64,000 nucleotides of DNA from Candidatus Nomurabacteria bacterium (GTDB taxonomy: Bacteria > Patescibacteriota > Minisyncoccia > Phycocordibacterales > CAIZLB01), in the NCBI GenBank assembly GCA_943356525.1, contig CALRFG010000001.1:75919-139918 (forward strand), given 5' to 3'. Shown in pieces: positions 37,761-47,522 of the stretch. Under the pieces are notes generated by a model. The model worked only from the letters and a program-made list of their open reading frames with translations, searched no databases and was not told the DNA's origin. Both the position numbers and the translations under genes were made by a program. Within the stretch, counting starts at the first letter, position 1, and every line of letters begins with the position of its first letter.

Positions 37761-39506
37761 ATGTTACCCATAGCAGACCTCATAAAAACAAACTGTATTT
37801 CTTTCTTGAAAATAAATAATATTTCAGACGAAGATATAGAAAAGATAAAATTCGTTGTCGATATTAATAAAGATATCGATAAGGGGGATATGTACAGCAA
37901 CTTCGCATTAGTTACTTCAAAAGTTTTCAATCAAAAACCTATAGTTATTGCTATCAATCTTGTTGAATATTTAAATCAACAGCTAGATAAAAATATTTTT
38001 AAAAAAATAGAAGCGGTAGATGCATATGTAAATTTTTATCTAGTTAATAATTTTGAAGTTTCAAAAAATACTATTATTTACCACAAAGATTTTACTGGTA
38101 AAAAAATAGCTTACGAATATACCGATCCTAACCCAATGAAAGAATTTCATATTGGGCATTTGATGGCAAATACCATAGGTGAAGCTGTTTCTCGTTTAGG
38201 GTCCATAGCGGGTGCTAATATAAAAAGATATTCTTATCAAGGTGATGCTGGACGTCACCTTGCTGTAACAATGTGGGGACTTCGTTTTATGGAAACACCT
38301 TGGCCAGATGCAGATAGTATATCTATAACAGATAAGGTAAAGTTTTTAGGACTGGCTTATGTAACAGGAAATAAGAAACTTGCTGAAGCAAAGGAGAAAG
38401 GTGAAGAGTCTGATGAATATAAAAAAGTTATATCAGAAATAGAAATAATGAATAAAAAGATTTATGATAGATCTGATGAAGAGGTAAATCTTTTATATGA
38501 TCTAGGTCGCGAGTGGTCATTACAAAAGTTTGAAGAATTATATGAAATATTAGGGACAAAATTTGATCATTATTTCTTTGAAAGTATTACAGCTCCTTTA
38601 GGTTTAGAAATAGTTAAGGAAAATTTAACAAAATCAGATACTATCTTTTCACATGGTGATAATGATGCGATTATTTTCAAAGGTGAAGATTATGGTTTAC
38701 ATACACGTGTTTTCATAAATGCAAAAGGTATACCAACATATGAAGCTAAAGAAATAGGTTTAGCTAAAATGAAATACGATTTATGGAATTTTGATGAGAG
38801 TGTTGTTATAACTGCAAATGAGCAAAATGAAGTATTTAAAGTAACAAATAAAGTTATAACAATGTTAATGCCAGATATTGGTTCAAAGATGAAGCATTTA
38901 AGTCATGGTATGATGAAATTAGTTGGAGAAAAAATGAGTTCAAGAACAGGGAAGATTATTGCAGGGGACGAGTTAGTCGAAGATATGATGTCTGCTTCGT
39001 ATGAGAAAATGAAAGATCGTGACTTAACAGAAGAAGAAAAGAAAAGTATTTCTTGTGATGTTGCTGTAGCAGGGATTAAATTTTCTATATTAAAACAAAA
39101 TTTTAGAAAAGATATAGTTTTCGATAAAGAAAAATCTTTATCACTTGAGGGGGACTCTGGCCCATATATACAATATGCAATCGTTCGTATTAACTCTATA
39201 GTGAAAAAAACTGAAGGTTTAGATATAGTTTCAGGGAAAGATTTTTCTATTGAAGGAGAAAATCTTAACAGAACATTGTGGAGATACGATCATATTTGCT
39301 ACAAAGCAGTAGATGAATTTGCTCCGCAATATGTTGCACAGTACCTTATAGATCTTGCATCTAGGTTTAATAGTTTTTATAGCAAAAATAAGATTATTGA
39401 AGATGAGAAGGTAAATAAAAAATTATTGGATCTATGTTTGAAAACTAGAGACATATTGACACAAGGGTTGACAGTGTTGGGAATAAGGGTGGTTGAGAAG
39501 ATGTAG
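37761..39506 (+). CDS. argS: Arginyl-tRNA synthetase
   Basis: PNPMKEFHIGH, KMSSRTG, GDSGPYIQYA. Confidence 0.96.
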   Translation: MLPIADLIKTNCISFLKINNISDEDIEKIKFVVDINKDIDKGDMYSNFALVTSKVFNQKPIVIAINLVEYLNQQLDKNIFKKIEAVDAYVNFYLVNNFEVSKNTIIYHKDFTGKKIAYEYTDPNPMKEFHIGHLMANTIGEAVSRLGSIAGANIKRYSYQGDAGRHLAVTMWGLRFMETPWPDADSISITDKVKFLGLAYVTGNKKLAEAKEKGEESDEYKKVISEIEIMNKKIYDRSDEEVNLLYDLGREWSLQKFEELYEILGTKFDHYFFESITAPLGLEIVKENLTKSDTIFSHGDNDAIIFKGEDYGLHTRVFINAKGIPTYEAKEIGLAKMKYDLWNFDESVVITANEQNEVFKVTNKVITMLMPDIGSKMKHLSHGMMKLVGEKMSSRTGKIIAGDELVEDMMSASYEKMKDRDLTEEEKKSISCDVAVAGIKFSILKQNFRKDIVFDKEKSLSLEGDSGPYIQYAIVRINSIVKKTEGLDIVSGKDFSIEGENLNRTLWRYDHICYKAVDEFAPQYVAQYLIDLASRFNSFYSKNKIIEDEKVNKKLLDLCLKTRDILTQGLTVLGIRVVEKM

Positions 39507-39547
39507 AAGGAGTTTTTTCATTTCCTAAAATATGCTAAACTCAAGAC

Positions 39548-41014
39548 ATGACATCAATAGACGACATCCGCGATCAACGAGTAGACAAAGTTAAACTTTT
39601 AAATGATAAAGGAATAGAAGCTTATCCCGTTAAATCAAACATAGATACTACAAATGCACAGTTTATAGAAGAGTTTGCAACCCTATTTGATTCTCAAAGA
39701 GAAATAACTATTGGAGGGCGAATTATCTCAGTTCGTGGTCAAGGTAAACTTGGATTTGTCGATCTTATCGATGGTACATCCGAAAAAGTACAATGTTTTC
39801 TTTCTCTAGAAAATATGGGTGAGGAAACCATAAGTAATTTTTTTGAACTAGTTGATACTGGGGATTTTATAGAATTTACCGGATCGGCTTACATTACAAA
39901 AAGAGAAACAAATGCATTGTCTGTAAAATCATGGAGACTTTTAGCAAAAAGCTTGAGACCTATTCCAGATTCTTTCTATGGATTAGAAGATGAAGATGAG
40001 AGATATAGAAAGCGATATTTAGACTTTATTTTAAACAAAGACAATAGGGATATGATGAAGAGACGAAGTATTTTTTGGAATACTATTCGTGGATTTTTAT
40101 TAGCTCGTGATTATATAGAAGTAGAAACTCCTGTACTTGAAAATACAACAGGTGGAGCAGACGCTCGACCTTTTGTGACACATCACAATGCATTGGATAT
40201 GGAGGTTTATCTTCGAATATCTGCAGGTGAATTATGGCAAAAGAGATTATTGATTGCAGGTCTTCCAAAAACTTTCGAGATTGGGCGTATTTTTAGAAAT
40301 GAAGGAATTTCATCAGAGCATGCACAAGATTATACCCAAGTAGAATTTTACGAAGCATATTCTGATTTTAATAAAGGTATGACAATGACAAAAGATTTGT
40401 ATATAAAGATTGCAGAGGAAGTATATGGAAAATCAACTTTTGAAAACAAAGGTTTATCTTTTGATCTAAAAGATGAATGGGCTATATACGACTTTTCAAA
40501 AATTATTTTAGAAAAATATAATATCGATGTTCACGCTACAAATGTTAATGAAGTTGAAGATAAATTAAAAAATAATGAAGTCGAATATGATAAAAAAACT
40601 TTATCCATAGAAAGGGGAATAGACCTTTTGTGGAAGAAAGTGAGAAAGACCTTAGCTGGCCCAGGGTTCCTTATAGGTATACCAGTATACCTTGAGCCTT
40701 TAGCCAAGAAGTCAAAAGAAGATGAAAGAGTTGTAGAAAGATTCCAGGTTATATTAGCAGGATCAGAAGTAGGAAAAGGATTTTCAGAGCTTAACGATCC
40801 CATTGATCAACGTGATCGATTTATGTCACAGCAAGCTCTAAGAGATGCAGGGGACGATGAGGCTCAGATGGCAGACATGGACTATGTTGAAGCTATGGAG
40901 TATGGTATGCCGCCAGCTTTTGGCTTTGGTGTGTCTGAAAGACTATTTAGTTTCTTGGAAGGAAAGTCAGTGAGAGAATGTCAGGCATTTCCTTTAATGA
41001 GGAAGAAGAATTAG
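39548..41014 (+). CDS. lysS: Lysyl-tRNA synthetase class II
   Basis: RYRKRYLD, GGADARPF.THHN, FRNEG, EYGMPPAFGFG. Confidence 0.97.
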   Translation: MTSIDDIRDQRVDKVKLLNDKGIEAYPVKSNIDTTNAQFIEEFATLFDSQREITIGGRIISVRGQGKLGFVDLIDGTSEKVQCFLSLENMGEETISNFFELVDTGDFIEFTGSAYITKRETNALSVKSWRLLAKSLRPIPDSFYGLEDEDERYRKRYLDFILNKDNRDMMKRRSIFWNTIRGFLLARDYIEVETPVLENTTGGADARPFVTHHNALDMEVYLRISAGELWQKRLLIAGLPKTFEIGRIFRNEGISSEHAQDYTQVEFYEAYSDFNKGMTMTKDLYIKIAEEVYGKSTFENKGLSFDLKDEWAIYDFSKIILEKYNIDVHATNVNEVEDKLKNNEVEYDKKTLSIERGIDLLWKKVRKTLAGPGFLIGIPVYLEPLAKKSKEDERVVERFQVILAGSEVGKGFSELNDPIDQRDRFMSQQALRDAGDDEAQMADMDYVEAMEYGMPPAFGFGVSERLFSFLEGKSVRECQAFPLMRKKN

Positions 41015-41142
41015 GTTTATAAATAAATCTGTTAATAAATCTATAAAATGTATCGAAAACTTGAATCTTTTCAATAGATAATAAATTAAAAATAAATAAT
41101 AAATAGATTTTAATAACATTATGTTGTACAATTAAAATAAAT

Positions 41143-42264
41143 ATGTCTTTTTTTAATAATAATTTTTTCTCACAACCAGACCCTAGTGTGATCGGCATAG
41201 ATATAGGATCATCTTCTTTAAAGATTGTACAAATCAAGAAAGAAAAAGGTAAGGCCGTATTGCAAACATATGGTGAATTAGGACTTGGTCCATACAACAA
41301 GCTATCTATTGGTCAAATTGCAACACTTGCACCAGATCAATATGCAAAAATTATTTTAGATCTTTTAAAAGAGGCGGATATTTCTTCAATAAAAGGAGGT
41401 GTATCAATACCATTAAAATTAAGCTTAATAAGTATTATTGAAATACCAATAGTTGAAGAAAAAGAACAAAGAAATGTTATAGAGTTAGAAGCAAGAAAAT
41501 ATATACCTACAGCTATTTCAGAAGTTTCATTGGATTATTCTATTTTACCTCAGGTTGACGATACGAGTTTAGAATTTATAGAATCTAATAACAATAAAAT
41601 TCTTGAAGATAGCAAATTAAAGAAAAAACAAAAAGTTCTATTGGTAGCTATACATAATCAGGTATTAAGTAATTACTCTAAAATAGTTCAACAATCTAAA
41701 TTGAACATTGACTTTTTTGAGGTAGAAGCTTTTTCAACAGCAAGGTCAAGTTTGTCCGGTGAAAAATCACCAGTAATGATTATCGATTTAGGTGCCTCAT
41801 CTGTAAAGATTTATATAATCGATGGAGGTATGCTTTTATCATCTCATACTATAAATAGAGGTGGGCAGGATGTATCTTTTTCTATTTCGAAAGGTTTAGG
41901 TATTCCATTTGATAAAGCTGAACATATAAAGAGGTCTTTGGGTAAAGTTGAAATATCTGAAGAGCCTAAGATTAGAGAGTTGGTTAATATACATGAAGAG
42001 TATATCTTATCAGAAATTAAGACGGTTCTAACAGTATTTCAAAAAACAAAAGATTCTACAGTTTCAAAAATAATATTAACAGGAGGGGCATCTTTATTAG
42101 ATGGTTTTTTAGAAAAGATGAAACATAACTTTTCAGCAGAAGTAGAATTAGCCTCACCGTTTTCAAAATTAGAATCACCTGTATCACTTCAGGAGACATT
42201 AAAAATTACAGGTATGACATTCTCAACAGCCATAGGTTTAGCTTTGCGTGCATTACAAAGCTGA
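41143..42264 (+). CDS. pilM: Type IV pilus assembly protein PilM
   Basis: GIDIGSSSLKIV, EARKYIP, IDLGASS, LTGGASLL, AIGLALR. Confidence 0.92.
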   Translation: MSFFNNNFFSQPDPSVIGIDIGSSSLKIVQIKKEKGKAVLQTYGELGLGPYNKLSIGQIATLAPDQYAKIILDLLKEADISSIKGGVSIPLKLSLISIIEIPIVEEKEQRNVIELEARKYIPTAISEVSLDYSILPQVDDTSLEFIESNNNKILEDSKLKKKQKVLLVAIHNQVLSNYSKIVQQSKLNIDFFEVEAFSTARSSLSGEKSPVMIIDLGASSVKIYIIDGGMLLSSHTINRGGQDVSFSISKGLGIPFDKAEHIKRSLGKVEISEEPKIRELVNIHEEYILSEIKTVLTVFQKTKDSTVSKIILTGGASLLDGFLEKMKHNFSAEVELASPFSKLESPVSLQETLKITGMTFSTAIGLALRALQS

Positions 42265-42287
42265 TTTTGGTATAATTAAAAATAAAT

Positions 42288-42923
42288 ATGGAAACAAAAT
42301 TTCAAACAAATTCATTCGTACCAAAATCATCATTAAATGTTGTTGATGATTCTGGAAATATAAATAAATCTCCCAAAATTTCAAGTAATACAACTAGTTT
42401 TTTTATTTTAATTTCATTTTTTATATTTGTATGTAGTATTGTTTCGGCAGGTATTGTCTTCTCATTAAATAAGTTATCTACAAATCTAAAAAGATCAGCT
42501 GTTAGTAGTTTGGATAAATATAAAAAAGACTTAAACACAGAAACTGTCGAAGATATTAAATCCTTAGACAATAGATTAGAGGTTATCACTTCTCTTATTG
42601 AGAAACACACTGTTGCTTCTAAAATATTTGAAGAATTATCAAAAAATACAATAAAACAAGTTTCATTTTCCTCATTAGACTTAAAAAGAAAAACTGACAA
42701 TACTTTTTCAGTAAAATTAAAGGCACAAGGTGTAAGATATGAATCTATAGTTGCACAAGACATTCAATTTTCGACACCTTCAGCTCAAAAATTTTTTAAA
42801 AATACAAGTATAACAGATTTTTCAAAAAGTAAAGGTCAAAATCAAGTATCTTTTGGTATTGAAACAAGTATATCAAATAATGTTATTAATTTTTCTAAAA
42901 TAATAAATAATAATACTAACTAA
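42288..42923 (+). CDS. PilN-like protein
   Basis: Bitopic; follows pilM. Confidence 0.6.
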   Translation: METKFQTNSFVPKSSLNVVDDSGNINKSPKISSNTTSFFILISFFIFVCSIVSAGIVFSLNKLSTNLKRSAVSSLDKYKKDLNTETVEDIKSLDNRLEVITSLIEKHTVASKIFEELSKNTIKQVSFSSLDLKRKTDNTFSVKLKAQGVRYESIVAQDIQFSTPSAQKFFKNTSITDFSKSKGQNQVSFGIETSISNNVINFSKIINNNTN

Positions 42924-42928
42924 TAATT

Positions 42929-43570
42929 ATGAAAGCAATAATATCAATAATTCTTATAGCTACTTCAATAGCATTTTTTGTATACTTTACACAACCAAAA
43001 TGGGCTGAATTAAAAGCAAATAGGATTGAGGTTGAAAAATTAAATATAGCTGTAGAAAAAGCTAAGGTCTTAAAAGAAAGAATTGATTTTTTATTAAAAA
43101 TTAAGCTCTCTATAACTGATGTAGATTTAGATAAAATTAAAAGAATGGTTCCTGACAATATCGAAAACGTAATACTTATTATAGATTTTGATAATATGTT
43201 AAATGATTTGATAAAAAGAAATGGTACGGCTGATATTTATAAAAATAATGAATCATCTGAATCATCTGAATCAGCTAATTCATCTGCATCAGATCAATTT
43301 TCCATAGAAAATCCTAAGATAACAAAAAATGCTGCCGTTATGGATGGTTTCGATAGCTCACAGTTAGGTGTTGCAGACTTTACCTTTAGTGTTTCTTTAA
43401 CATATACTGATTTTCTAGATTTTATAAAAAGAATAGAAACATCAAGTCGTATTTTTGACATAGAGTCGATTTCATTTACTGCTCCTGATATTAAAGATAT
43501 AAAAAACCCAGATGAAATAGTTTATAATTTTAATATAGCTTTAAAAACTTATTGGCTTAAAAGTAAATAA
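42929..43570 (+). CDS. pilO: PilO-like protein
   Basis: TM, coiled coil, YTDFLDFIKRIETSSRIFDI. Confidence 0.75.
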   Translation: MKAIISIILIATSIAFFVYFTQPKWAELKANRIEVEKLNIAVEKAKVLKERIDFLLKIKLSITDVDLDKIKRMVPDNIENVILIIDFDNMLNDLIKRNGTADIYKNNESSESSESANSSASDQFSIENPKITKNAAVMDGFDSSQLGVADFTFSVSLTYTDFLDFIKRIETSSRIFDIESISFTAPDIKDIKNPDEIVYNFNIALKTYWLKSK

Positions 43571-43579
43571 TATAAAAAT

Positions 43580-44083
43580 ATGAATATAGTTAATCACAAA
43601 AAAACAATATTAATAATCATAGCTGTCCTGATTGCATTTTTTGTATATTGGTTTGTTTTTTTATCAAAAAAAGATACTAAAGATTCTAATACTAATCAAT
43701 CATCAAATCTTAATGCTCAGATTAATGGTCCAGAAAATAATTATGATAAAGAATTTGTTACTAGTTTGCTTGGATTAAATTCTGTAAAACTTAATGTTTC
43801 TATGTTTAAATCAAAAGAATTTATAGCTTTAAATTACCCAGAAGTTCCATTTGTTATAGTCTATCCAAAAGAATTTGGTCGTAATAACCCTTTCTTACCC
43901 GTTGGTATAAATTCAACTATTTTAAATACAAAAATAGATACACAAAATAAATTGGATAAACTAGCTTCTTCAACGGCGGAAGTTGTGCCACCAGTAAAAT
44001 CTGCAACAAGTACTGGAGCGACTCCTGGAATCCCAGTCTCAAAACCTTCACTGATCCCAACTCCAACTCCAAAAAATTTTTAA
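43580..44083 (+). CDS. PilP-position bitopic protein
   Basis: TM, GRNNPFLP motif, Pro/Thr tail. Confidence 0.55.
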   Translation: MNIVNHKKTILIIIAVLIAFFVYWFVFLSKKDTKDSNTNQSSNLNAQINGPENNYDKEFVTSLLGLNSVKLNVSMFKSKEFIALNYPEVPFVIVYPKEFGRNNPFLPVGINSTILNTKIDTQNKLDKLASSTAEVVPPVKSATSTGATPGIPVSKPSLIPTPTPKNF

Positions 44084-44092
44084 TACATAAAA

Positions 44093-45832
44093 ATGAGTTA
44101 TATAAATTTATTAATAAAAAATAATATACTTGATCAAGATACTGCAAATATCTTAGAGCAAAAATCTGCTAGCTCTAATATATCATTAGATTCTGTTTTA
44201 CGTGATCATGGTCTAAAATCCATAGATATATTAAAAGCTAAATCGGAATATCTAAACATAGAGCCTTTCTATATAGGTGATAATGATATTCCGTTTGAAA
44301 TACTTAACTATATTCCTGAAGATTCTGCTCGGCATTATAAGATAATACCAATATCTATATCTAACGGTGTATTAAATGTTGGTATATGTGATTCAGATAA
44401 CATACAAGCTATCGATGCTCTAAACTTTATTTCCTCAAAGAATAATATAACTTATAAACTTTTTCTTATTTCTGAGGAAGACTTCAATAGATCCTTGAAC
44501 ATGTATAAAGGCTTATCTGGTGAAGTTCAAGAGGCTTTAGGTAATTTTGAAAAAGAATTTGGAGACTTAGGTGATGATTTGGACAATACTATTTTAAAAA
44601 AATCTCAAACAAAAAATCCTGATGGTAGTGTTTCTGAAACAAATATAATAGAAGATGCTCCAGTTAAAAAAATAGTAGCAACTATTATCAGATATGCCAT
44701 TGAAGGTGGAGTTTCCGATATACATATAGAACCGCTAAAAGATAAGGTTCGTGTACGTTATCGTGTTGACGGAGTGTTAAGTACAAGTATTGAATTACCT
44801 AAAAATGTTATAGATGCTTTGGCTGCACGTATAAAAATTCTTTCAGAAATGAAGCTTGACGAAAAAAGAAAACCGCAAGATGGGCGTTTTTCAGCACGTG
44901 CTGAAGGTAGAAAAGTGGACTTTCGTGTATCTACTTTTCCAACATATTTTGGTGAAAAAGTCGTAATGAGAATATTGGATCAAGATAAAGGTGTTCAAAA
45001 GTTGGATAGTCTTAATTTCCAACCTGAACACTTAACTATGCTTAAAAAGGCCTTAACAAGACCGCATGGGCTTATTTTGATATCAGGACCAACAGGTTCA
45101 GGTAAAACAACAACACTTTATTCCATGCTTATGGAGTTGGATCGGGACAGTCAAAACGTTTTATCTCTTGAAGATCCTATAGAGTATAATATGGAAGGTG
45201 TAAGTCAGTCACAGGTTCATTCTGAGATTGGTTATACTTTTGCCTCAGGTCTTCGTACAACGTTACGTCAAGATCCAGACATAATCATGGTTGGAGAGAT
45301 TCGTGATAAAGAAACGGCACAACTAGCTATACAAGCAGCGCTTACAGGACACTTAGTTTTATCCACTATACACACCAATACTGCTATAGGTATAGTTCCA
45401 CGTCTTATAGATATGGGTATAGATCCATATCTTATTGCGCCAACACTTATTTTAGGAATAGCGCAAAGACTTGTAGGAAAGGCTAATGAATCTGCCACTG
45501 AAGTTGTTGAGGTCTCAGATAGTATTAAAATAATGATAGAAAATCAGTTTGCAAATTTACCAGAACAGTTCAAATCTAAGCTTCCACCTGTGAAGGATAT
45601 AAGAATAATAAAACCTACTCCAGAATGTCCAAAAGGTATAAAGGGTAGAGTTGCAGTGTTTGAGATGTATGAGATGGACAGAAAATTAGAATCAATAATT
45701 TTAACAAAACCAACCGAGAATGAAATATATGATTACATAAGAAAGGAAAAGGGGATGCTAACAATGAAAGAAGATGGTATAATTAAAGCACTACAGAAAA
45801 TGGTTCCTTTTGAGGAAATTGGAAATCTATAA
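44093..45832 (+). CDS. pilB: Type IV pilus extension ATPase PilB/GspE
   Basis: SDIHIEP, PQDGR, GPTGSGKTTT, LRQDPDIIMVGEIRD. Confidence 0.95.
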   Translation: MSYINLLIKNNILDQDTANILEQKSASSNISLDSVLRDHGLKSIDILKAKSEYLNIEPFYIGDNDIPFEILNYIPEDSARHYKIIPISISNGVLNVGICDSDNIQAIDALNFISSKNNITYKLFLISEEDFNRSLNMYKGLSGEVQEALGNFEKEFGDLGDDLDNTILKKSQTKNPDGSVSETNIIEDAPVKKIVATIIRYAIEGGVSDIHIEPLKDKVRVRYRVDGVLSTSIELPKNVIDALAARIKILSEMKLDEKRKPQDGRFSARAEGRKVDFRVSTFPTYFGEKVVMRILDQDKGVQKLDSLNFQPEHLTMLKKALTRPHGLILISGPTGSGKTTTLYSMLMELDRDSQNVLSLEDPIEYNMEGVSQSQVHSEIGYTFASGLRTTLRQDPDIIMVGEIRDKETAQLAIQAALTGHLVLSTIHTNTAIGIVPRLIDMGIDPYLIAPTLILGIAQRLVGKANESATEVVEVSDSIKIMIENQFANLPEQFKSKLPPVKDIRIIKPTPECPKGIKGRVAVFEMYEMDRKLESIILTKPTENEIYDYIRKEKGMLTMKEDGIIKALQKMVPFEEIGNL

Positions 45833-45868
45833 AATTATAATTATAAACTGCAAAAATAATACAAATAC

Positions 45869-46282
45869 ATGAAAGAGCCAAAAGATATAAAGGTAATGAT
45901 AATTGATGATGATACTTTTATTTTGAATATGTATAAGATAAAATTTACAAAAGAAGGTTTCACTCCAACATTGGCAACAAATGGCCAAGAAGCATTGGAC
46001 ATAGCTCGATCAGGTTATGTACCTGATGTGTTATTTGTTGATTTAATAATGCCTATAATGGGAGGTATAGAGTTTCTGCAAAACATAAGAAAAGAAAAAC
46101 TTTTTGAAAATGTACCAATACTCGTTTTAACAAATCAAAGTCAGGTAACAGACATAGATACTGCAAAAAGTCTTGGTGTAAAGTCATATATTGTTAAGGC
46201 CACTACAATACCTTCGGAAATAGTTGATGAAGTAAAAAAACTTTTTGATATGAAGGATACATCGACATCTGTTACAAGCTAA
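45869..46282 (+). CDS. Single-domain response regulator (CheY-like)
   Basis: IIDDD, DLIMPIMGG, LTN, YIVK. Confidence 0.92.
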   Translation: MKEPKDIKVMIIDDDTFILNMYKIKFTKEGFTPTLATNGQEALDIARSGYVPDVLFVDLIMPIMGGIEFLQNIRKEKLFENVPILVLTNQSQVTDIDTAKSLGVKSYIVKATTIPSEIVDEVKKLFDMKDTSTSVTS

Positions 46283-46343
46283 ATAAAATGACTATAATTT
46301 AAATATATTTTAAAAATATTAAACAATAATAAATAATAACATC

Positions 46344-47408
46344 ATGAACTATGAAAAAGAATTAGAAAAATTATTTGATACCGTTATAACAGAAGTTGCT
46401 TCAGATTTACATTTATCTGAGGGTAGATATCCAACTATTCGTGTGTCTGGACAGCTTATACCCTTAATGTCGTCTCAGATTTTAACCCATCAAGATATTA
46501 AAGAGTTTGTTAATTTTATGACACCAAAAGCAGGTATTAAAGATTTTGACACGAATAAAGTTGAATTAGATTTTTCGTATAAATATAAAGACAAAGCGCG
46601 ATTTCGTTGTAATGCATATCATCAACAGGGAGCACTTTCTTTAGCTCTTCGTTTTATACCTAATACCGTTAGAACTATCAAAGACTTGATGTTACCGATT
46701 GAACTTGAACAGTTCGCACACATGAAACAAGGCTTTTTTCTTGTTGTAGGTCCAGTTGGACAAGGTAAAAGTACAACTTTGGCTGCTATTATAGAATCTA
46801 TAAATCAAGAAAGAGCCGAACACATAGTAACTATTGAGGAGCCAACAGAATACGTTTATACACAAAAAAAATCTATCATAGACCAAAGAGAGGTTGGTAT
46901 AGATACGGAATCTTTCGAATCAGGACTAATGGCATCACTAAGGCAAGATGTAAATGTTATCTTGGTAGGAGAGATGAGAGATAGAGAAACTATGGCAGCA
47001 GCTGTGACAGCTGCTGAAACTGGTCATCTCGTTTTATCAACACTTCACACAAATAATGCTGCTCAAACCGTTGACCGTATTATAGATAGTTTTCCCGCCA
47101 ATCAGCAAGACCAGATAAGAATACAGCTTTCAAATGCTTTAGCTGGTGTTTTGTCACAAAGACTAGTGCCTCGCATATCCGGAGGGCTTATTCCAGTTTT
47201 TGAACTTATGATTTCAAATAATGCTATACAAAACCTCATACGCGAAAAAAGAACTCATGAGATAAATACTGTCATAGAAACTAGTTCACAAGAAGGTATG
47301 ATTGACATGAATAGATGTTTGGCTGAGCTTGTACAAAGAGGAGAGATCACATTAGAAGATGCTTACAAACATAGTTTGAATCCAAAGATGTTGCAGAGGT
47401 TGGTTTAG
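46344..47408 (+). CDS. pilT: Retraction ATPase PilT
   Basis: ASDLHL, GPVGQGKSTT, GEMRD, AAETGHLV, AIQNLIRE. Confidence 0.95.
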   Translation: MNYEKELEKLFDTVITEVASDLHLSEGRYPTIRVSGQLIPLMSSQILTHQDIKEFVNFMTPKAGIKDFDTNKVELDFSYKYKDKARFRCNAYHQQGALSLALRFIPNTVRTIKDLMLPIELEQFAHMKQGFFLVVGPVGQGKSTTLAAIIESINQERAEHIVTIEEPTEYVYTQKKSIIDQREVGIDTESFESGLMASLRQDVNVILVGEMRDRETMAAAVTAAETGHLVLSTLHTNNAAQTVDRIIDSFPANQQDQIRIQLSNALAGVLSQRLVPRISGGLIPVFELMISNNAIQNLIREKRTHEINTVIETSSQEGMIDMNRCLAELVQRGEITLEDAYKHSLNPKMLQRLV

Positions 47409-47522
47409 TTTACATAAGGTTTATAATTACGAATTATCTTAACAAATCGGTTAATCTCTCGAAGGTCTAAAAATTGATTAATTTAATTGGTATTTAATAA
47501 GTAAATAATATATAATATTATT

